Positions 1-5,748 of a stretch of 10,265 bases of DNA are shown here, piece by piece. The notes beneath the pieces were generated by a model that was given only the letters and a program-made list of their open reading frames with translations, was not told where the DNA came from and did no database searches. This DNA comes from Eubacteriales bacterium. Its GTDB lineage: Bacteria > Bacillota > Clostridia > Saccharofermentanales > UBA5734. Where the stretch lies: assembly GCA_028708525.1 (NCBI GenBank), contig JAQVYV010000006.1, positions 20,689 to 30,953 of the forward strand. The letters run 5' to 3'. How positions within the stretch are numbered: the first letter of the stretch is position 1; each line of letters begins with the position of its first letter. The position numbers and the translations under genes are program-made.

Positions 1-117
1 GTCGTGAAATATACATAACTTAATGTAACACTCATATCAGCCTCTATAATACCATCAGATATATAAGCGGTTTGTGTTTTTATTATACAGCATATCAGTG
101 GCAAGTCCATTATTTTG

Positions 118-146
118 TTGCCTGATATTGCTGTATCGGCTAAAAT
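118..146 (+). promoter_or_regulatory. Putative sigma70-type promoter for the hydrolase-GNAT-AKR cluster (TTGCCT-17-TAAAAT)
   Basis: TTGcct at 118-123, a 17-nt spacer, TAAAAT at 141-146. It lies about 30 nt upstream of the GAGGTG SD (165-170) and the ATG at 176. The -35 is weak. Confidence 0.3.
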
Positions 147-175
147 CATCTTATAGAATATTGCGAGGTGAGCTT

Positions 176-814
176 ATGAAAGATTTTTTCCGGGGAATGA
201 GTACGGTGCTTTTTCAAGGGGACAGTATTACTGATTGCGGACGGGACAGAAATGATGACACATCTCTTGGCGGAGGTTATCCTGCGAAGATCGCGTCCAT
301 TTACAAAGTCCTGTTTCCTGAAAGCAATGTCAGGTTTATTAATAAGGGGATATCCGGTGACAGAGTCCACAACCTTATCGAAAGATATGTAGAAGACATA
401 TATGATGTCGAGCCTGATTTCATTTCGATCCTAATAGGGATAAATGATGTCTGGAGAATGTTTGACAGCAGTGATGATTCGACCATAGAAGCTTTTCGTG
501 ATCACTATGAGTATCTCCTGAAATCTATTAAGGGAAATCTCCCTGAAACGAAGATCATGATCATGGAACCCTTCGTGCTTCATTCTCTGCCCGACAGGTC
601 AGGATGGCATGGTGAACTTGATCCCAGAATACAGATAGTAAGAGCTTTAGCAGCAGAATATGCGGACTTCTATCTGCCGCTTGATGGTGTCTTCGCATCT
701 TTGTGTGCGGGAGGATGTTCGCCGGTGGTCTATGCTGCTGATGGTGTGCATCCGACAGATAAAGGTCACGCTGTTATAGCGTATGAATACTTGAAATCGC
801 TGGGGTCGATATGA
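176..814 (+). CDS. SGNH/GDSL-family hydrolase (lipase/acylhydrolase-like)
   Basis: N-terminal block LFQGDSITDCGR matches the SGNH catalytic Ser motif, and there is a C-terminal DGVHP (Asp-x-x-His) block. I moved the start to the ATG at 176, which has a GAGGTG SD 6-11 nt upstream. The ORF-track start at 74 would add a hydrophobic, non-conserved leader. Confidence 0.8.
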   Translation: MKDFFRGMSTVLFQGDSITDCGRDRNDDTSLGGGYPAKIASIYKVLFPESNVRFINKGISGDRVHNLIERYVEDIYDVEPDFISILIGINDVWRMFDSSDDSTIEAFRDHYEYLLKSIKGNLPETKIMIMEPFVLHSLPDRSGWHGELDPRIQIVRALAAEYADFYLPLDGVFASLCAGGCSPVVYAADGVHPTDKGHAVIAYEYLKSLGSI

Positions 815-815
815 C

Positions 816-1289
816 ATGAATAATGAAAATAAAAGCATGAAAATACAGATAAAAGAAATTGAGCGGCATGAGATCCCTTTGCTGATATCTTTAATAGAAG
901 AGATGGCAGAGTTTGAGAAGCTTAGATCTGAACTTTCGCTGAAAGCAGAAATACTTGAAGAGCAGATTTTTGACAGAGAAAGAGCCAAAGCGGCATTGAT
1001 TTTACTGGAAGGAATCGTTGCGGGATATTGTATTTATTTCTATAATTTCTCGAGCTTTATGGGGAGATCAGGTCTGTACATCGAGGACATTTATTTAAAA
1101 CCTGCATACAGAGGTAAGGGTTACGGGAAACAGGTGTTCGATTTTCTGGAAGCAAAGGCGGGCGATGAGGGGTGTGCCCGTATGGAATGGGCTTGTCTGA
1201 ACTGGAACAGAAAGGCTATCGATTTCTATGAGAGAAACGGCGCGGTGCCGATGAAGGAATGGATCATTTACAGAAAGAAACTGATATAG
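816..1289 (+). CDS. GNAT-family N-acetyltransferase, diamine/spermidine-spermine acetyltransferase-like
   Basis: The acetyl-CoA-binding motif region YIEDIYLKPAYRGKGYGKQVF and the ...RMEWACLNWNRKAIDFYERNGA... stretch are typical of the SSAT/SpeG-like GNAT fold. The ATG at 816 sits 1 nt after the hydrolase TGA, which implies translational coupling. Confidence 0.75.
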   Translation: MNNENKSMKIQIKEIERHEIPLLISLIEEMAEFEKLRSELSLKAEILEEQIFDRERAKAALILLEGIVAGYCIYFYNFSSFMGRSGLYIEDIYLKPAYRGKGYGKQVFDFLEAKAGDEGCARMEWACLNWNRKAIDFYERNGAVPMKEWIIYRKKLI

Positions 1290-1306
1290 AGAAGGAGGTA
1301 TTCAAA

Positions 1307-2296
1307 ATGTATACAGCTAATGAGAAACGTTATGAAAATATGGTTTACAGAAGAGTGGGCAACAGCGGGTTGAAGCTGCCGGCGATCTCACTGGGTCTAT
1401 GGCACAATTTTGGCGGAATAGACGATCCTGCCAATATGGAGGCGATGCTTTACAAGGCCTTTGATCTTGGTATCACGCACTTCGATCTGGCGAACAATTA
1501 CGGTCCTCCTCCGGGAAGTGCAGAAGTCAATTTCGGCAAAATACTGAAAAAGGGGTTCGGTGTTTACAGAGATGAAATGATCATTTCGACCAAAGCCGGG
1601 TACTATATGTGGCCGGGGCCTTATGGTGAATGGGGCAGCAGGAAATATCTGCTTGCATCTCTTGACGCTTCACTGAAAAGGATGGGGCTTGATTATGTGG
1701 ATATTTTCTATTCGCACAGACCTGATCCGGAGACGTCAATGGAAGAGACAATGTCTGCGCTTGATCATGCGGTGAGAAGCGGGAAGGCTTTGTATGTTGG
1801 AATATCCAGTTACACTCCGGAACAGACTGAACAGGCTGTGGGCATACTCAGAAGGCTGGGGACTCCGTGTCTCATACATCAACCGGTCTATAATATGCTC
1901 AACAGATGGGTCGAGGACGGACTTCTTGATTTGCTGGAAAAGGAAAATGTCGGATCGATCGCTTTTTCTCCGCTTGCTCAGGGATTGCTGACTGAGAAAT
2001 ATCTTACCGGGATCCCGACAGGTTCAAGAGCAGATAAGCCTTCAGGTTTTCTCAGAAGAGAAAGTGTCACGTCGGATATCATAGAGAAGGTTTCAAAGCT
2101 TGGTGAGATCGCGATCCAGCGCGGGCAGTCGCTTGCGCAGATGTCGCTTTCCTGGGTCCTGCGTAAAGGACGCGTGACTTCTGCTTTGGTTGGGGCTAGC
2201 AGCCCTAATCAGATCGAACAGAATGCTGCAGCTGTATTGAAACTGGATTTTTCTGAGGATGAATTGAGAAGGATTGACGATATATTAATGGGATAG
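1307..2296 (+). CDS. gpr: Aldo-keto reductase, YghZ/Gpr-like (L-glyceraldehyde 3-phosphate / methylglyoxal reductase family, AKR14)
   Basis: Long blocks are near-identical to E. coli YghZ: LSLGLWHNFG, ITHFDLANNYGPPPGSAE, IISTKAGYxMWPGPYGxxGSRKYLLASLDxSLKRMGLxYVDIFYSHR, GKALYVGISSY, IHQPxYN, AFxPLAQGLLT. The ATG at 1307 has a GAAGGAGG SD 8 nt upstream. The ORF-track start at 1259 would overlap the GNAT gene. Confidence 0.85.
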   Translation: MYTANEKRYENMVYRRVGNSGLKLPAISLGLWHNFGGIDDPANMEAMLYKAFDLGITHFDLANNYGPPPGSAEVNFGKILKKGFGVYRDEMIISTKAGYYMWPGPYGEWGSRKYLLASLDASLKRMGLDYVDIFYSHRPDPETSMEETMSALDHAVRSGKALYVGISSYTPEQTEQAVGILRRLGTPCLIHQPVYNMLNRWVEDGLLDLLEKENVGSIAFSPLAQGLLTEKYLTGIPTGSRADKPSGFLRRESVTSDIIEKVSKLGEIAIQRGQSLAQMSLSWVLRKGRVTSALVGASSPNQIEQNAAAVLKLDFSEDELRRIDDILMG

Positions 2297-2324
2297 AGAA
2301 CTGTTTACCATAATGTCTGAATTG

Positions 2325-2355
2325 GGACTCCTGCATCGATCATATGCAGGAGTCC
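2325..2355. terminator. Bidirectional hairpin between the convergent AKR (+) and membrane-protein (-) genes
   Basis: Perfect 12-bp inverted repeat GGACTCCTGCAT (2325-2336) / ATGCAGGAGTCC (2344-2355) with a 7-nt loop. It overlaps the stop codon of the - strand gene. There is no strong T-tract on either side. Confidence 0.5.
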
Positions 2356-3371
2356 TAGTTAAGAACGACTGAATCAGCCCATTTCTGAAACTCATCAAAT
2401 GACTCATCAAAATCAAATGTTTCACAAACAAAAGTTACTGTCCAGAAGGCATCATTTCCTTTATAGACTGTTGCAAGATATGTGAAATCTTTCCCGCTGA
2501 CGTGATCTTCATAGATGAAATAAGGTCTTGACTCATCGCCTATGACATTCTCTTCGATATTATTATTTTCTGTCACAGATTCGGCATATTCGTGAAGTGA
2601 GATATCTGTATCAAATCCTAATTCCTCTAGTACATCAAATTCTTCTTTGATGCATAATACCAAGTGCTTCTGTGAACAATATGCAGCAGTCTGCGTAACA
2701 TAGTTTTCTTCAGTAAAATCCCTGTTAAGAGTAATTGTAAGGCCGGCTTTAGAAAAATCCTGTGGTTTCGGCATAAAGATGGGCAGCTCATCCAAATTGA
2801 AAACTGAAATTCCCACTAATAATATTACTGTTCCTATCCCAGAGGCTATTCCCCCGATAAGAGTATTTCTTAATCTCTTCAAAGACGTAAATGAGTAATC
2901 ACCTAGTCTTACATTTGAGGAACTGCATGACTGTGGTTCATAACTGCTTATAAGATGAGAAACACCCCGGAGTAATATTCTGAAGCTCCGGATCGCCAGG
3001 ATGATCATGAAGAATATCAGCACAACAGTAGCAAAAATGAAAACAATAAATACAGTGTTATCTGAATTATTGAATTGATTTAGATCCTTTCCTTCGGTCA
3101 GTATGACTGTAACTCCTATATTTACAAGCATTGCAAAAATCATAGCGGAAATAACGACTAGATTGCGCAGATAATGTCTGCGAATATTAACCCCTTCATC
3201 TGACATTTTTAGATAATTCAAAAGGATCCTGAAACCTCCGATCTCCATCATTACCTTATGGAGATTTCTCCGGTACTCTTTGGATTCATGATCCATTGAG
3301 CGTAATTCACGTAATATATAAGGATAAAGATCAAAAAACGGTATTATCACTCCCGGACCCCCCCTTGTCAT
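2355..3371 (-). CDS. Hypothetical membrane protein: cytoplasmic N-terminus, 3 predicted TM helices, acidic extracytoplasmic C-terminal domain of about 150 aa
   Basis: Uninterrupted ORF. Hydrophobic stretches VVISAMIFAMLVNIGVTVIL, VFIVFIFATVVLIFFMIILAI and LIGGIASGIGTVILLVGISVF. Visibly low G+C. No recognisable family. The start is uncertain (ATG at 3371 or TTG at 3377) and there is no obvious SD. Confidence 0.55.
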   Translation of the reverse strand: MTRGGPGVIIPFFDLYPYILRELRSMDHESKEYRRNLHKVMMEIGGFRILLNYLKMSDEGVNIRRHYLRNLVVISAMIFAMLVNIGVTVILTEGKDLNQFNNSDNTVFIVFIFATVVLIFFMIILAIRSFRILLRGVSHLISSYEPQSCSSSNVRLGDYSFTSLKRLRNTLIGGIASGIGTVILLVGISVFNLDELPIFMPKPQDFSKAGLTITLNRDFTEENYVTQTAAYCSQKHLVLCIKEEFDVLEELGFDTDISLHEYAESVTENNNIEENVIGDESRPYFIYEDHVSGKDFTYLATVYKGNDAFWTVTFVCETFDFDESFDEFQKWADSVVLN

Positions 3372-3628
3372 GTGCAAGCAACTGATATAGACAGTATACT
3401 ATTATTAATTTTCACTGTACAATAAATTAGAACTACTGCTAACTGACGCTTGCAAATTGGGCAGTCAATTACTCTGAGCAGTTCATTTTACCTTTATGGA
3501 GCAAGCGTTTCCCGGATGACGCTGTTGCTCAGGCTGCTTCACTTGAATGCAGTCGTATGGAGACGGCTTTGCGTTCTGTTTCTGTTAAGAATGAGCCGGA
3601 TCCGGCGAAGATCGATTGGAAATGCAAA

Positions 3629-3680
3629 TAGGGAACATTTTAATAAAATATCAGAGATTAGTTCCCTAATATTTTATTAA
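3629..3680. repeat. Interleaved AT-rich inverted repeats downstream of the AbiE operon
   Basis: TAGGGAAC (3629-3636) pairs with GTTCCCTA (3661-3668). TTAATAAAATAT (3640-3651) pairs with ATATTTTATTAA (3669-3680). The arm order is A1-B1-A2-B2, i.e. crossing. Probable terminator / structured 3' end of the - strand abiE transcript. Confidence 0.4.
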
Positions 3681-3705
3681 TTAACAAAGATTGTTTTTAG
3701 CTAGC

Positions 3706-4608
3706 CTAAATACCTTCCCAGTCGCCCCCGGAACTCCATGTACCAAGCAGCTCGCCCTCGTTCACGATAGCCTCCCACACCGGGCGCAGGAAACGGTCGA
3801 GCGCGGCTATCACATCCGAAAATGCGATCTCCCGCCCCTTAATGGTTCTAAGGAAATAGCGCCATTTCACCTGCATGTCGGTATCGTCCGCAAGTGCGAC
3901 CAAACGATCGAAGCTGTCGCGTTCGTAAGGCGTTCCCCGTGTGGAAAGCGTCTGCGCGATGGCTTCCTGCAAACTGCGCCCGTCAAACTCAAAGGACTGG
4001 GCAAGATAATAGATATCGTAAAAATCCTTCATGCGCCCGGTCAGTTCAAAACGTTGGAGAATTGCATCAAACTTCTCTGCAATGGTGCTCTCCAGTGAGT
4101 AGGTCAGAACCTCCGGCGCATCATATCCTTCAAGCTGCGGCGTCATAGCGCGTCTCTGAGGTTTCGGGATGATCACATCTCCTATGCCCACGTCCACATC
4201 AAAGGGCAAGCGCACATTCTTGATGCGTCCTATGATCTGTGTGCTGACGCCTGGGTATCTCCGCTGGGGAGAAATGCGCTCGGTGTTCTTCGCGGAGAGA
4301 ATGACTACATCATTATTGCCGGTGGGCGTGGCAATGATCTCTTCAATGACGGCATCCATGTGATCAAGGTCATTGCTCATTTGGCGCATGAGGAAATCAA
4401 TATCAATCGTAGCACGACTCTCAAAATTTGTGAGGGTGTATATAAAGAGTCCGCCCTTTAGTATAAAATTCTCGGCATAGCCGGACTTGGACAGTCGCCG
4501 GAGAAACTCCTCCTGAAAGAAAAGCTGCAGGCATTGCTGGTATGGCATACCCGACGCTTTTGCTTTGTTTTTCAGCTTTGCGAGAATCGATGCGCCGATA
4601 TCTGCCAT
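3706..4608 (-). CDS. abiEii: AbiEii/AbiGii-family nucleotidyltransferase toxin (type IV TA / abortive infection)
   Basis: The N-terminal region ...FILKGGLFIYTLTNFESRATIDIDFLMRQ... fits the Pol-beta-like NTase hG[GS]...DxD arrangement of DUF1814/AbiEii. Overall length and layout match AbiEii. The preferred start ATG at 4608 overlaps the AbiEi stop as TAATG, with GGAG 9 nt upstream. The alternative GTG at 4617 would add 3 aa. Confidence 0.85.
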   Translation of the reverse strand: MADIGASILAKLKNKAKASGMPYQQCLQLFFQEEFLRRLSKSGYAENFILKGGLFIYTLTNFESRATIDIDFLMRQMSNDLDHMDAVIEEIIATPTGNNDVVILSAKNTERISPQRRYPGVSTQIIGRIKNVRLPFDVDVGIGDVIIPKPQRRAMTPQLEGYDAPEVLTYSLESTIAEKFDAILQRFELTGRMKDFYDIYYLAQSFEFDGRSLQEAIAQTLSTRGTPYERDSFDRLVALADDTDMQVKWRYFLRTIKGREIAFSDVIAALDRFLRPVWEAIVNEGELLGTWSSGGDWEGI

Positions 4609-5207
4609 TACATCCACACTCCAATGATCGTTTTCACCTTTTGCATCACCCGCAGTTTTTTCGCGTATTCCGACAGGCGCGGGATGTTCCTCTCGCTGTC
4701 TGCAATATAGCCCTGGATGGCCTTGTTAAAGGTCTCCCTGTCCATTTTCGCCATGTGCCGCAGACAGTCGCAGATGGTGCGCTCCTTGTCATAAATGCGA
4801 ACAGGATTGCCGTCTATCTCTCCATTTGTGAGGCCGAGTTCCAGAAGGGCAGGCTCAGTATAGTATGGTTTCGTAAAAGGATAGTCGATCTTGAACCGAC
4901 TTTTTCCACTATCCTTGCTGACGGTAAGATGCCACGCCAAGGGAGTCCTATCGCTATATCGGTAATAGAAAAGAGCTGTGTCCATACTCAGGATCGCGTC
5001 CGGGAACAGTCGAGTAATGACTGCGGCCTCGCTCATGTTTTCACTGTCGATCCACTGGTAATATCCGTAGCGGACTTTCTCAATAACGCCACGTTCGATG
5101 AGAGTCTGGATGTCGCTATAAAACAGGTGCGCATCATGCAGTTCAAAGGTACGCATCATGCCGCCGTGTGCGTCAAAAATCTCTTTGATCTTGGTATCGG
5201 TCAGCAT
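4608..5207 (-). CDS. abiEi: AbiEi-family antitoxin / transcriptional autoregulator (wHTH N-terminal domain)
   Basis: About 200 aa, encoded immediately upstream of AbiEii and overlapping it. N-terminal IKEIFDAHGGMMRTFEL...IQTLIERGVIEKVRYGYYQW is typical of the AbiEi wHTH domain. There is an AAGGAGGG SD 6 nt upstream of the ATG at 5207. Confidence 0.85.
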   Translation of the reverse strand: MLTDTKIKEIFDAHGGMMRTFELHDAHLFYSDIQTLIERGVIEKVRYGYYQWIDSENMSEAAVITRLFPDAILSMDTALFYYRYSDRTPLAWHLTVSKDSGKSRFKIDYPFTKPYYTEPALLELGLTNGEIDGNPVRIYDKERTICDCLRHMAKMDRETFNKAIQGYIADSERNIPRLSEYAKKLRVMQKVKTIIGVWM

Positions 5208-5237
5208 CCAGTCCCTCCTTTGCTACTTGTTAAGATT

Positions 5238-5296
5238 CGCTCAGTTGAGCGGACAAAGTTATAGTAAATTATACTTCCCTAAACCGCTCAAGTCAA
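5238..5296 (-). promoter_or_regulatory. abiEi promoter (TTGACT-17-TATAAT on the - strand) with an embedded inverted-repeat operator candidate
   Basis: On the - strand: -35 TTGACT (plus 5291-5296), 17-nt spacer, -10 TATAAT (plus 5268-5273). Inverted repeat TTGAGCGG (5245-5252) / CCGCTCAA (5284-5291), plus an extra half-site TCGCTCA (5238-5244). One arm lies in the -35/-10 spacer and the other downstream of the predicted TSS. A direct repeat GAGCGGAyAAAGT also occurs at 5247-5259 and 5324-5336. Confidence 0.55.
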
Positions 5297-5357
5297 TACA
5301 AGTTTTCTTGCTATTCTTATTACGAGCGGATAAAGTAGTAATCTATTGACTTCTATC

Positions 5358-5386
5358 AAAGCACTTCCATGGTAAGGAAGATAAGT
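5358..5386 (+). repeat. Inverted partial copy of the tRNA-Thr anticodon arm (tRNA-derived fragment)
   Basis: Plus strand GCACTTCCATGGTAAGGAAGATAAGTC equals the sense tRNA-Thr segment GCGCTTCCATGGTAAGGAAGAGGTC. That is 20 of 21 core positions, with weaker flank similarity. It sits about 95 bp from the intact tRNA, on the opposite strand. Confidence 0.5.
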
Positions 5387-5410
5387 CAGTCGATACTGAC
5401 AAAGGACTCC

Positions 5411-5448
5411 AATAAATAAGACTCCCCTCTAAGGGAGTCTTATTTATT
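5411..5448 (-). terminator. Symmetric rho-independent terminator ending the tRNA operon
   Basis: AATAAATAAGACTCCC (5411-5426), CTCTAA loop, GGGAGTCTTATTTATT (5433-5448). The GC core stem GACUCCC/GGGAGUC is flanked on both sides by UUAUUUAUU. It starts at the tRNA-Thr 3' end. Confidence 0.7.
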
Positions 5449-5523
5449 GGAGCTCTCAATCGGATTCGAACCGATGACCTCTTCCTTACCATGGAAGCGC
5501 TCTACCTACTGAGCTATGAGAGC
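5448..5523 (-). tRNA. tRNA-Thr (anticodon GGT), 76 nt with encoded CCA
   Basis: Sense strand GCTCTCATAGCTCAGTAGGTAGAGCGCTTCCATGGTAAGGAAGAGGTCATCGGTTCGAATCCGATTGAGAGCTCCA. It folds by hand into a 7-bp acceptor stem, D-arm GCTC/GAGC, anticodon stem CTTCC/GGAAG with loop AUGGUAA, T-arm ATCGG/CCGAT with a TTCGAAT loop, and CCA. Confidence 0.9.
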
Positions 5524-5526
5524 ATA

Positions 5527-5600
5527 TGGAGCGGATGACGGGAATCGAACCCGCGTAGTCAGCTTGGGAAGCTGGAATTCTGCCATTGAACTACATCCGC
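5527..5600 (-). tRNA. tRNA-Gly (anticodon CCC), 74 nt with encoded CCA
   Basis: Sense strand GCGGATGTAGTTCAATGGCAGAATTCCAGCTTCCCAAGCTGACTACGCGGGTTCGATTCCCGTCATCCGCTCCA. 7-bp acceptor stem GCGGATG/CATCCGC, T-arm GCGGG/CCCGT with TTCGATT loop, anticodon loop UUCCCAA, 4-nt variable loop. Confidence 0.9.
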
Positions 5601-5645
5601 AAATCTCAGTTATATAAACGCTGAAAGAATTGCTACAGCACGAAC

Positions 5646-5674
5646 ATTATATTAATATGAAAGCAGGTTGTCAA
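5646..5674 (-). promoter_or_regulatory. Perfect consensus sigma70/SigA promoter for the tRNA-Gly/tRNA-Thr operon
   Basis: On the - strand: TTGACA (plus 5669-5674), exactly 17 nt, TATAAT (plus 5646-5651). The predicted TSS is about 40 nt upstream of the tRNA-Gly 5' end at 5600. Confidence 0.7.
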
Positions 5675-5696
5675 TCAATAATGCTAGGTGTAAAAT
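5668..5696 (+). promoter_or_regulatory. Putative promoter of the ECF S-component gene, sharing its -35 hexamer with the divergent tRNA promoter
   Basis: TTGTCA (5668-5673), 17 nt, TAAAAT (5691-5696). The -35 occupies the same base pairs as the - strand TTGACA of the tRNA promoter. Confidence 0.45.
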
Positions 5697-5748
5697 ACTA
5701 AGTCATTCAAACAAATATCACACGATTTGCACAGGAAGGCGGCACGGA

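Noticed and set aside
74-175. Upstream extension of the SGNH hydrolase ORF (MFLLYSISVASPLFCCLILLYRLK...) as a possible signal peptide
   Set aside because: It would begin upstream of the putative promoter and the SD. The segment is not followed by a signal-peptidase-like site and contains the -10 and SD sequences. The start at 176 is preferred.
1794-1991. Internal out-of-frame ORFs inside the AKR (1794-1991), abiE (3691-4148, 4169-4363, 4542-5264), mnmA (6337-6776) and nfeD (8411-8665) genes
   Set aside because: Each lies wholly within a well-supported gene, in another frame or on the opposite strand. The peptides are low-complexity or Cys/Arg-rich and lack ribosome-binding sites.
3450-3680. 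76-aa + strand ORF in the membrane-protein/abiE intergenic region
   Set aside because: Arg/Leu-rich low-complexity translation. No SD. It runs across the inverted-repeat structures and a GC-rich block with no codon-usage resemblance to neighbouring genes. Most likely non-coding.
4609-4617. GTG start at 4617 for the AbiEii toxin (ORF-track boundary)
   Set aside because: The ATG at 4606-4608 forms a canonical TAATG overlap with the AbiEi stop and has GGAG 9 nt upstream. The GTG has GGAG at zero spacing. The longer form is kept only as an alternative.
5340-5410. Possible complete tRNA or tRNA pseudogene on the + strand around the tRNA-Thr-like fragment
   Set aside because: Only the anticodon arm (and part of the D-stem side) matches. 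The flanking hairpin GTCAG-TCGATA-CTGAC has a 6-nt loop, and no acceptor-stem pairing exists between 5334-5340 and 5401-5407. It is not a functional tRNA, so I kept it as a fragment or scar.
5697-5748. Riboswitch upstream of the ECF S-component gene (preQ1, TPP, THF or FMN, as often found with such transporters)
   Set aside because: The predicted leader is only about 46 nt, with no conserved riboswitch core sequences that I can recognise and no terminator or anti-terminator pair.
5668-5748. N-terminal 27-aa extension of the membrane-protein ORF (MSINNARCKILSHSNKYHTICTGRRHG)
   Set aside because: It overlaps the shared -35 element and both predicted -10 boxes. It is hydrophilic and Cys/His-rich, unlike the rest of the protein. 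The internal ATG at 5749 has an SD.
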